From Lytechinus pictus (Eukaryota), in assembly GCF_037042905.1 (NCBI RefSeq), contig NC_087251.1:42224001-42288000 (forward strand): a DNA stretch of 64,000 nucleotides, given 5' to 3'. Shown in pieces: positions 53,106 through 64,000 of the stretch. Under the pieces are notes generated by a model, which did no database searches, was not told the DNA's origin, and saw only the letters and a program-made list of their open reading frames with translations. Position 1 is the first letter of the stretch. Every line of letters begins with the position of its first letter. The position numbers and the translations under genes were made by a program.

Positions 53106-56100
53106 TACGCACATGGTAGAGCTACGGATATAGAGAAATAAGGACAAAGATGTAATGAAAATATAAAAACTCTTGAAATACTTTACGTTTTCTAGGCAAA
53201 CAAGAATCCAAACTCCAAAGCGTATAATAACGTCCGGCTGAATAGACCTCCATTTGCATCCTGTTTGATATGCTTTCCTGTAAGTTCCATTGTGGGCAAA
53301 ATAAAGGGCAAAAGTAAGTCTGCTTTCTTTGAGAGGGTGTAAATGATGATATATTCAAATACCAGCGAGTGCCATAGGTGACGGAATCATAGGCGACGGA
53401 ACGTATTTTCAATTTTTTTTTTTTTGGGGGGGGGGGGGACAAAGCGAAAAAAGGCACTTATATGCAAAAAATTGCATTTTTTATGCAAACTTATATTTTC
53501 ACCATGAGATTATCATCTGTGTTAAGTAGTTGTGCGTTTTGTAGTAATTAAATTGAGCAAAACCTTTTTAAAGTCTTTTCTGATTGATAAAATATCTATT
53601 TAGGCTTTATTTTTCCGGGAGCGAGCGTAGCAAGCAAACAGTTTGAACATTTTCAAATCTGAAGTTGTGAAACTCGCCGCTTTTTGGTCAAATCGCGCAA
53701 ATTATTGTTAAAAGAGCATTCTTGCGAGGTGTTAAGAGCGCAAATCGCGAGCTATAAATTCTAGACATTGCTTGTACTAACATGACTAATAAGACATGAA
53801 AATCAAACATTCCGAGCAATTTTGTTATGAAAAAGATGTGCATCTAATTGAAGAATGGACGCGAGCGCGATATTCCAACCAGAAAACTGGACATTCTAAG
53901 CACTTTTTTAACCCAAGAACTTAATTGTGTGTCTTAATAAATAATAATTGATGCGAAGCGCGGCGAGCCGAAAATTTGTAATATTTCAACCTGAAAACTG
54001 GATATTCTAAGCAGTTTGAAACCAAGAACATAATGTGTACCTTTGATGCGAGCGGAAAGCGCGAGCTGAAGATTTTTGACATTTAAACCTGAAAATTGAA
54101 CATTATAAGCACAAGTTGTAACCAAAACAAAGTGAGTGCCTTCCTAAAAAATAAATGATGTGGGCGCGAAGCGCGAGCCAAAAATGTTGTGATTTCCAAC
54201 CTAAAATGTATCGTTTGACTTCAAAAAGGGTATTTTATTTTGAAAAGGGACATTCATGTACATCATTTTGAAATAAGTGCACTCTCCATTTAAAAAAGGC
54301 ATTTTTTCCTACTGGGATTTTTTTATGTAGGGGGTTAAGTGCCCCTGCCGCCCCCCGGTTCCGCCGCCCCTGCTGCTAATATAGCCTCGGGTTATAATTT
54401 TTATCTAAGTTCAAACTGGTATTAACAAAAATATGTTGGTATGACTGCATTTTATAACGATGGTTTTCTTTAAAATATATATTTTTTACCATTTCGATCC
54501 ATCACATTTTTGCATTTTTTTGTCCGTCGATATGCCCAGCGCTGAGAGGTCATGCCAAAACGTGATTTTGCATGAAGTACATTCTCTGAACCATCATCGG
54601 AACTTCGGAATCACACAGAGATGGAAGACCCCTTCCCCCAAATAGTTCCGCCTAGCTGTATGTCCTCGAATATATATATATATATTTAATAAGACATCAG
54701 AAATGCGAAACACAAATTCACGAGTAATGCAGTTTTTGCAATAAAATTTGCAATTTTATTATATATATATCACCATGATAAGTACGTAATTTTATTATCC
54801 GAGCACATGCAGCAGACCGAGGAGGAGTGGGTGGAGGGAGAGGCACCTAGGAGACGTCATACTTGTTCTTGTTCAGTATACTACCATAACAAGTTGAAAA
54901 GAAAAATGCAAAGAGAAACTTGGAGGGGGATCGATGTTACATGGTTATAACATACAGACCTACGCACCGGTATCATAGGCGGATCCAGGAGGCCGACGTT
55001 ACGCCCCCCCCCCCCCGATATTGGCGGCGCAAAGTAATATGAACGAAAGCAGAGGGGGGGGGGGATATAAGAGGAAGAATGAATAAAAAAAGGTGAGGGG
55101 AATTCAGACTTGGGGAGGGGTGGGAGCCAATCATGTCACTACACAAGTATAAAAACAATTTAGCCCGCGCTTTGTGTTCGCATTGCCTGTTCGATGGAAC
55201 ATATTTTCATCTATACCAATTCATTTATTGATTTATTCATTCAGTCATGGTTAAACAGGTTCACAAGTTCAGAGTTATTAGTATATAAAATCATAGTAAC
55301 AAGTACAATGACAAGGTATAATTCATATCGAAATAGTATGAGACATAAAGAAATATTAACTGATCAATGTAATACAAAACACGGAAACATTGTTGAAGGG
55401 CTTATAGTAAAACGAACAAGGGAACTAAATAGGCCTTTACTTATTCAAATTTTTGAGCACCTTATCCGTCAGTGTGCATCTTAATTGTTTAATGATCATA
55501 TTGCTCAGATCAATTTTCAGGACACAATACACAGTCCGAAAATAATACCTCACGCTCGCATTTTTTATAGGGTTTAGTACTGTTACGACTATAGATTCCA
55601 ACAAAAACTAGCTTTGAGCTGCCGATCGATCGGGAAAAATGTGGATGAAAATATTGTTCACCCCGGCCCCGTTATTAGTGAAAGCTGGATCCGCCCCAGA
55701 ATATATTGTTTAAAAAAAAAGGCATAGGCCACGCGGTATTTGTCATTTTTTTGTGATAAATACATTGAGGCAGTATATTGACAAATAATCACTGGAAGAG
55801 AAAGAGCATCTTATAGGCCTATATAACGCACAAAGCAAAATAATGAAGAATGGCGGCAAAGCTAGTTCAATACAAAATGATTTCCTTTTCCTTTAAAAAA
55901 AATGTTACAACACGTTATAATAATGAACAAATCAAAATACAGAACCTGAAGAAATTGATAACGATTCAGTGAATCGGAATCGAAACAAAAATGCGTATGT
56001 AAATATAATTATAAAATAGAAATAAAAAACGGGAAAAAAAATAAGAATAGCCCTTTCACAAGCAACCATAATTCTCCCTCCCTTCATACCCTGGACAAGT

Positions 56101-57060
56101 AAAGAAAAAAAAATACAGCTAGAGAAACGAAGCAAAGATGAAAAGCAAGGAAAGGGAAGGAAGCCGTCTCTCGGTACCTGGTACTCTGCCCAGATATCAA
56201 GATGTACGTAGGACCTATTCTCCGCGATTTGAAAAACAACGTGCATAACATCACAATTATTATGATGGTCATTTAAAAAAGTTCCTTGGTTGTTTCCAAG
56301 TTATTTAATTTGCCGTCGAGGGACTGCGCGAATGCACACGCTCCTACAGGATATGAATGAAAAAGTCGCAAACAGACTCCGCCGTTCAATCCGATACTGT
56401 ACTGTATAGCCGGTATACAGATCGGCACGTGAGACAAGCGCAGAGGCGATGGATATGAATATTCATGAGCAGGTATTGATGTCATTTGGTCTCAAGGTGG
56501 CGCTCTTCATTTTTTATATCAATTTCAAAATCTGCATCAAAAGAAAGCTCACTTGGCAAAATTTCTCTTCTTTATATATTTTTTTGAGAATAAAAACAGT
56601 TCTTTTGGCCAATGCAATACATTTTATGGACTCAGAACTTGTTTATGAGTATTTTGAAAAGCGAAGAGTGAAATCTAAAAGAAAGTTTTGAAATAAACCA
56701 ATGTCACAATTTACCTTTAACACATCAACTTCAGAACACTAGTATATTGATAATAAAACTTGTAGATATAGCAGTCAAAGCATAAAATGAACTTCCACAG
56801 AAGAGTACATGTACCTTCTTCTAATAGAATTTCAGACCACCTTGAGGATGTTATGCTCAAAGCAAGGTTTTTATTTGACAACATTGGTCAAAGAGGAACA
56901 TGGATTTAAATCTCAGAATACAACTCGTATCATTGGTTGATCAATAGTACTGTACAATACCCCATTCAGATATACGTTGACCAATTATTTCTTGTTGAAA
57001 CACATATGTCTTTGTTAAAAATCTTGTAGGGTATAGAGAGCATGCTGATTCTATAGCTAT

Positions 57061-57486
57061 CAGTGTTGTGTACCGAGGACGGCCTCGGGACCAGAATTTG
57101 CGTCCTCGGCCTCGAAGCCTGATGTCTCGACCTCGGTCGCTCTGTCTTGATGTCTCGGCTCCGAGGCCTGACAAATGCAGTCATTTCCAGCACATAAATT
57201 GTGTCCATCATCAACGCAATGTGAATTTCTAATGCACACACTATTATTAGATCTAGATTCCACCCCACCCCCCCCCCCCTCTCTATAGATTATACCGGTA
57301 ATATATATATATTTTGCCTGTTTTTTTAATTTATTCTATTTATTTATTTTCAATTTTTTACATTCATTTATTCATTTATTTATTTTTCTTGAGGGGGGGT
57401 CAATGGTCAATTGAATTCAACAAAAAAACATGCAAATTTTTTTAGCGGTCTCTGTCTCGGCTGACCCAGCCTAGGATACAACACTA
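57061..57486. mobile_element. hAT-like MITE
   Basis: TIR CAGTGTTGT / ACAACACTA; TSD ATAGCTAT / ATAGTTAT (7 of 8); internal CCGAG/CTCGG motifs. Confidence 0.7.
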
Positions 57487-57551
57487 ATAGTTATGCATTT
57501 AGATATGATTCACACATAGAAGTGTTGTATTGTCTAAATTAAAAAAAAAAT

Positions 57552-57739
57552 GGTCTATTGAGAGACACATTCCTAACGTCGATGCATAAACTGTAAGCTC
57601 AAAAAAGCAAAAGTAGCCCCGGTATCGATCTGTCATTTTGTTTTCAATTTTGAAAGCAGGAGAACGAAAGCGACATAACTTTCGCCTTTTTTGAGCTTAC
57701 ACTTTATGCATCGACGATAGTATTGTGTCTCGATAGATC
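57552..57739. mobile_element. Short foldback MITE
   Basis: GAGACACA...CGTCGATGCATAAACTGTAAGCTCAAAAAAG is inverted to CTTTTTTGAGCTTACACTTTATGCATCGACG...TGTGTCTC. Confidence 0.7.
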
Positions 57740-58350
57740 TTCATCAATGTAATAGAGGCAAGTGCATAATTTTCCCCCTTTAATTTGGGGTGATATGGTG
57801 ACCACAATTCTACCCCATTTGTCTGCCAACTAGCGCTAGCCCAGGAGCTGTCCGTGTAATACACGGGCAGCTCCTGGGCTGCAGCCCGTACAGCGGGCCG
57901 CAGTTGCCTGGGTTACTCGAAATCTATCACAAAATCAGATTTTGTATAGAGTCTAGATCTAGAAGTACTTAGATCCTCTAAAAAAGGCCCAAATTTTTGC
58001 TAACTGACTCACAGCTTTCAAAAAAAAAAAATTTTGCCTTTTTTTTATTACTGTCTGGCCACCAAACTGTTTATACTCGCAAGCCACCCACCCCCCTGAA
58101 AACTAAAAGAAAAACAATCCCTCACAGTTACAGAGTACAATATTTGTGACAGTCACCCCCCCCCAAAAAAAAAAAAAAAAAAAAAAAACATGCCAAAGCC
58201 GAGGCCAAACATGAGCGTGAATACCAATCAACACCCATCAATGCTCCTCGATTCTTGACTGTATTTTTGTCGCCCACAACAACCCAAGCCACAAAAAAAT
58301 AAAGGCTCACTCTCACACAGCTGTTCACATATCGCACTGAATTAGGTAAT

Positions 58351-59025
58351 TAGTGGGTTTTCGCCCAGCGTCGTACGACGTAGAACGTACGTGTGCAAAA
58401 ATCGCCAACTTTCATGGAAACAGAGGCCCGAGCGTTCTTGAGCTCAAATCACGGACGGTTCTTCCGCAAATTAGCGGGCGTCCGCATTAGAACGTAGGAT
58501 TTGTCAACAGCCGTCAACAGCCAATCAGATCGCTTGTAGAGCGAGCAAGCTGAGCCGATCGATGTAAACACATTCGCCCATCGCGTGCATGCACATGTTG
58601 TACTCTACTCTGACTACACTGATAGCTGAAAGCTTCAAAACATGGACTCGAATGCGAGTTTTTCGGTGAGTACCATTTCAATTATACTAAAATCAAGCTA
58701 AGTATAATTTCAAAATGTTACAGTAGAAGTTTAAACGAGTATGATTATTGAAATATGATTGAAAAGCCGTTGCATGGCTCGGCCGGTCGACGACGCGACT
58801 GCAAGACACATGGCACTGCCAGTTGTGTGCACATAGTAGGAACATATACAATGCACATGTTGGCGTGTCAACATTACATGCCAACCATGCCAGCCGGTCG
58901 ATCCGGCCGCGTTCAGCGATTTGCGAAACTGCTTACAAGCGAGAGTTGAGCGCGACGGACGCACTAACAAAGAGATCGTTCTACGTCGTAGATAGCGTCG
59001 TACGACGCTGGGCGAAAACCCACTA
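58351..59025. mobile_element. Non-autonomous ISL2EU-like TIR element with AT TSD
   Basis: Perfect 30-bp TIR TAGTGGGTTTTCGCCCAGCGTCGTACGACG with AT on both flanks. Confidence 0.85.
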
Positions 59026-60749
59026 ATAAAGACTAAAGTCAGAAAGAAAGACAGATGCAACTCAAGTCGCAACGCCGCTCATTCGAGCTCCACCCCGGCC
59101 CCACACACATCAACACTACTGCCGTGTACTACGCCGAAGCTCCGTGATAGCGACCACTCGGCATCTCGATGATGCCTCCACGATATCCCCGGGCAAAATG
59201 CATTTTTACCTCGTAGAAAACGATGGAAATATGATATGTATTATCAATGTCATTCTTTTGGAAGTGATTTATTTACTACTTTATCAAATGATGTAATAAT
59301 TGAATAAATACAATAATTAGAAAGTACTTACATCTCCGATTCAAATTTTACTTCAATTCTGTCACCATCAACATTTTATCGCAGACGACGTGTGTGAAGA
59401 AAAAAACCGGCTGTTAGCTGCAAATCAGGCTCGTTCACGAACTATTTTTCATTTATTTATTTTTATTTACGATAACAATTTGTTATTGCTTTTATGAAAC
59501 GGATATTTGCAACTATACAAGATTTGTCATAGATATGGGAGATGTTACAGTTGCAAGCAAAGACCTTATAATATATTACTAGACCGAAAGCTGCGTGCGC
59601 GTTCAGCACAAAACAAATGAGATTAGGCTCCGCCTACCGCGATCATTTGAAGACAAAAATAAGCCCTCATTGACATTCATGAGCATGAAGATATTCATAA
59701 TCCGGCCTTTTCATTGGCTAAGAGCGTCATTAATACGCGATTTCCCCGATTCCTTGTCATCGATACTAGTGGTATCGTGTTACAGAAATAATTATTCATT
59801 TGACCTCATTACGTCATCTAATTTATTCATTCTGAAACTTTTCTTTCCACACACAAAATGGACCTACGAACACTCCGGTGAGTACGTATAAATTGATATA
59901 ACCACATGAATTCAGTGGACTATTTACACATTTCACACTGTATTTTGTGATCTTAGGTTATTTCTTTAACAAATTAGAGAGTTTGCTATCATTCTTCTGT
60001 TAAAGGAAAGCAGAATTTGGTCTTTGAAATTGAAGTTAGATTGTCATCGTCGCACAGTGCAGCCAGTATGTTGCTTGCAGTGTATTTTGTACGGGCTCCT
60101 AGCCGGCTGGGAATCGAGAGATAATCGGGCTGGTTTGGTTCACCTCCAACAAGGACCAACCCACGATTGATTAAAACAAGAAGAATGAGGCTTCTTTTTG
60201 TACACTGTAACGTTAGATCTAGAGGGAGATCTGCATCTGTCTTCAGTAGATCGAGACTCAGTCAGGAATAAACTGTGAAGCGGAGTGTGGATGAAGATAC
60301 GCCTGTCATGCCTGTCATTGACATTGTGTCAGTCCTCACTTTCAGATCTAGGCCTAGGCCTATATGTATATCAAATTTATTGTGCATAACTTCAGGCTTC
60401 TGCATTTAGCCCCCGCCATTTTAACTCTTATTGTTATTCATAAATATATAGACTCGGTCTTAGAAATAACATGCTGCTCTGCATGTTTGTTTTATTATCA
60501 ATAGATCTATGACCTAGATCTTCTTAATCATAGGCCCTACTTACTTTATCATGTTTATACTTAGATCTAGGCTACTTTACTTTTATTTATTCATCGATGC
60601 TATCATTTTATCAAGAGCTAGGCCTACCTAATTAAAATCTAGTCTAACTTATACTTTCCCAACCCTCGATACTTACCCCCAGGGCTTATGATCTAGGTCT
60701 GTAATTTAGGCCTAGATCTAGGTCTTGGCCTAAACGACTCCATTTACAT

Positions 60750-63700
60750 TGTTGTTCGAGTGCTCAGTTCGAACAATCTTAAAAGTGGAAATGTACTGCA
60801 CAAAAGACGAAATACATGCATCACATATATTCAGTCAAAAGTATATTGACTCACCGTAAGTTCTGTCCCACGATGAATCCAGTAGAACAACTGAACAGGT
60901 AGAAAACAGCAATATAACTCAGCAATAACAACAGTATAACTTCTCAATAGGTTGGTTCCAGTACATCTCTCAGCAGTATCCAAAGATGGCGATGCCGTCC
61001 GCATCCTCCATCACGGGGTGTCGAATCCCTGCTTCTGATTGGTCACCTCTGGTGAAGTTGCACGCGGCACTACATCTTGGCTTGCCATGAGGTCTCCAGC
61101 AGCAGACGACGATGGTAGCAGACGACAAGGATCAGTAGCTGAAAACGCCAAATCGGCCTGGCCGTTTTCACTACACTGCTCCCTTCCCAATTTTTTGAGG
61201 ATCGATACGGGGATCTCTGAAGAAGCACTCAAACTCTGGATGAGCAAGACCGTTGGAACCCGAAAGAAAGTCCCTCGGCCATGGCTACACCCATGAGGAA
61301 TGCCAACAACCCCTATCTGAACCTAGCCAAAACACAGCAATCAGTAGTTCTGTTAACCACCTTCGGAAACTGCTCACTCGGCACCCCCGCTTGGACATTG
61401 GGTCCTCACTAGAGCTTCCGCAGAGCACAGAGTATCCATGACTCAACGGGATAAGAGCAAGGCTCCATTATCTAGACCGGAGTCATAGGCGAACCAAACC
61501 TAGTATTCACTTCCCATAAACTTCCCAGGGGCTGCAAATTATGCCATGCCAGCCCACTGGGTAAACCACTAACCCAGTGCTTGGATACAAATCCTACGCA
61601 CTCTAACTCTTCGACAACATCCTGAACTATCTAGAGCAAGAATCTAAGTTATGCAAAACGCACTACATCAGACGGCAACAAGTCGCGAACATCCACCTGT
61701 ATAAAATATACAACAGGGACGGCGCTCGTGTTCCAGATATTCTCGAAGAATTATCCCAGAAGAGGAGAATTCTCCATCTTCATGGCAAGTAATTACTGGC
61801 AAGTGGAACCGTAAGTTCCAGGCTTACACACTTCATTCTAGCATGATCGGACACAATCCGAGACTAGTCACCAAAAGAAACTCTTTCCATAGAGAAGCCC
61901 AGCCTACAACAAGCTCAGAGCAATGCTATTGACAATCCAGTACTGCACCACCAAAGCAGGGTTATCAGCATGTGGCAACTGCAATGCTCGGAGATCATTA
62001 TGGAAAATTCTGAGTATCCATCTCGCCCTGGAAAGAACATCCTTTGTAAACCCATCTCGAACATGTTCATGGTACGGCTGCACAATCCAGCTGCCGACCA
62101 TACCTCAAGAAGTATTCTCCTTAACTGTCGTGGCGTTGGCAAAGAAGAATTCTTCTTGCCAGCCACTGCCACAGTAAGAGAAGACGGAAGCGAAACATGA
62201 AATATAACACCCGGTGCCTCAGGGTATATACTTAAATCACTTCACGATCATCCACTTCTGACACAGTATGGAGCGTCGTTTTGGTGCTGATGACCCTTTG
62301 GAAATAGCACACAGAAGGATGCATCTCATCTTATAAGTACACCATCAGGGAAGAGTAGAAGCTTCATGCAGCTACTTAACATCACACCTGAAGTCAGGTA
62401 AAACGTTCCCTTACACTACTTCTTGTGATGTCAGCCAATCATCGGCGAGTAAAGCTACTATGAATAGACGGCTGCTACTCTGGCAGATCATACAGCCTCC
62501 GGGCGTTTGCATTCGCCACAGTGACCACCTCCGCAAAGGTCTCCCCCCTTCTCATGGCTATCTCCTGAGCGAGCTCACCTAAATACATCGGTGTATTCGC
62601 CACAAGGGATCGCTCCGGTTTAAAATAAGGAGCGTCCGTTTCCAGAAGCAACCTTTCGATAGGGGTGTCCCTCAGCGCCTCATCCTGGGGGCCAGTGAAT
62701 TCTCTCACCTTCCCAGTGAAGCCGAAGTGCGCTTGGGGAAATGCTTCGGACCATGTTCTCCGCTCCTCTTTAACAAGTGTGCAGCAATGGAGGTGAATCC
62801 TCTGTTGGCGGGAACAATGTTCAACCAGCAATCGTCGGACATCTCGACTGATAGCAGTAGCACATGGATCCCCGGATGACCCACATAGATGTAGGATTAA
62901 CACCTTATTCCCTATGGGCATTCCCAGAATCTGGACCAACATGTTGATCTGCTGCTCCCAAGTCGTGTCCGGGATAGAGAAGTCCAGGCCCAGCTCAGAG
63001 ACACCACAAATCCGCTGGCTGGCCAATAGCGATCGCAGTCTACTCATCGTCTTCATAGTCACATTAGTGGCCTTCTTTGGATGAATACCAACTGCCACCT
63101 TCCAACGGGGGTCCTCTGGATACCAGATTCTTCCCCACCGTTGGGGGTCACAATAGTTAAGTATCCCTCCGGTCACACGCACCGGTTTCAATGGTAACCG
63201 CCCGGGACAAGCTCGAAGAGCAGAAACCCCTCGCATTCCCAGGTATTGCTCCATTCTGTCCAGGTGTAAGTGACTATCAATGACGATTGGAAGTCTATCC
63301 CCCTCATACTCCACCGGTGCTAGGCTAATTCGCCCCGCACGGCTAATGCCTGTCTCGACAGATTCGGATGACCTTGGTCTAACCACAGGAGAAGGTGACG
63401 CAACAGGAGACTCGTCTCTCTGCCATTCACCAACCTGGCCCCGCGGTGTAGCCGATGTAGCAATTGCCCCCTCAGCTCCCAACGGAACCTCTGATACCCC
63501 TGGGGTTATTAACTCGGCAGCCTCAACCTGACTCACTGAAGGAGCCTGGGAGTCCTCGAGTTCCTCAACAGAGATTATCCGAACTACTTCCACCCTCTGG
63601 AAAGACTCGACAACTTCAGTTTGTGTATTAGGCTTGGGCGAGACAGCTCCAAACCTTGGGAAACCTTCGGCCAAACTCAACCTAGGTTTCCGCTCCGGGG

Positions 63701-64000
63701 ATGGTTGGGCAATTGTGGGCACTGCCATTCTTTGAGGGAGGAAGTTGCCCAGCCCTCGTAACACAGCAGGCGGCCTCACCACCCCAGAAGTACCTGGTTG
63801 AAACGGAATACCAGCTCTAATGAACCCCTGTTCAAATGCAGAACGATGGAAGCCTAATGACGGGTTAACTAATAACTCCCTCCAATGTTCTTCTGGTGTT
63901 GGGTCTGACAAACCTTGTGCAGACACATCGCCCAATTTAGATCCAGCGGAAGGGAAGTTCATTCGGGAGTTGATAAGCAACTCCTCAGAACATTCACCTG
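60750..64000 (-). mobile_element. 3' part of a putative LTR retrotransposon carrying the TatD ORF (PPT 61176-61188, candidate 3' LTR 60750-61175)
   Basis: On the minus strand, GGGAAGGGAGCAG is immediately followed by TGTAG, and a 426-bp segment ends in CAACA. The segment holds CCAAT and YY1-like motifs. Composition shifts abruptly at 60750 from AT-rich to GC-richer sequence. The partner LTR and TSD are not in the window. Confidence 0.65.
62475..64000 (-). CDS. Intronless TatD-family (amidohydrolase TIM-barrel) metal-dependent nuclease with a long Pro/Ser/Glu-rich N-terminal extension; 5' end outside the window
   Basis: Motifs DSHLHLD, AVGIHP, GVSELGLD, LILHL, IHLHC, FGFTG, LLLETDAPY and NTP are present, and the TatD domain spans about 62478-63290. 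The frame stays open upstream of 63980 to the window end (GECSEELLIN...). Confidence 0.9.
   Translation of the reverse strand, partial: GECSEELLINSRMNFPSAGSKLGDVSAQGLSDPTPEEHWRELLVNPSLGFHRSAFEQGFIRAGIPFQPGTSGVVRPPAVLRGLGNFLPQRMAVPTIAQPSPERKPRLSLAEGFPRFGAVSPKPNTQTEVVESFQRVEVVRIISVEELEDSQAPSVSQVEAAELITPGVSEVPLGAEGAIATSATPRGQVGEWQRDESPVASPSPVVRPRSSESVETGISRAGRISLAPVEYEGDRLPIVIDSHLHLDRMEQYLGMRGVSALRACPGRLPLKPVRVTGGILNYCDPQRWGRIWYPEDPRWKVAVGIHPKKATNVTMKTMSRLRSLLASQRICGVSELGLDFSIPDTTWEQQINMLVQILGMPIGNKVLILHLCGSSGDPCATAISRDVRRLLVEHCSRQQRIHLHCCTLVKEERRTWSEAFPQAHFGFTGKVREFTGPQDEALRDTPIERLLLETDAPYFKPERSLVANTPMYLGELAQEIAMRRGETFAEVVTVANANARRLYDLPE

Noticed and set aside
59470..59560. Possible right-hand TIR for the element starting at 42182
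   Set aside because: It shares TTTTATGAAACGGA and ATGGGAG, but the subterminal motifs differ and the terminal GGGCC and TSD are missing. It is more likely a related family.
62475..64000. TatD ORF as bacterial contamination or a processed host pseudogene
   Set aside because: There is no operon-like gene packing and no poly-A tail after the stop. It has a long low-complexity N-terminal extension and is followed by a PPT and LTR-like segment contiguous with animal DNA. Not fully excluded without a phylogeny.

Overview
This is an AT-rich, repeat-dense animal genomic window. The repeat style suggests a marine invertebrate, probably a sea urchin (inference). Host genes: a four-exon ERH gene on the minus strand (21452-26955) and the first coding exon of a type II membrane protein (minus, about 14254-14355). 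Almost everything else is transposable-element derived. A 12-kb nest sits just upstream of ERH: a TA-TSD TIR element contains a P-like element with an 8-bp TSD, which contains a hAT-like MITE and a young CsRn1-clade Gypsy element (intact pol, capsid-less gag, non-canonical TG..AA ends). There are also two Helentron-associated (HINE-like) elements with covarying inverted repeats and many MITEs. The most unusual item is at the right edge. An intronless TatD-family nuclease ORF with intact metal ligands (at least 507 codons, open to the window end) lies about 1.3 kb upstream of a polypurine tract and a 426-bp TG..CA LTR-like segment. This suggests an LTR retrotransposon carrying a TatD nuclease as cargo. 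Its 5' LTR and pol would lie outside the window, so the call is not proven here.
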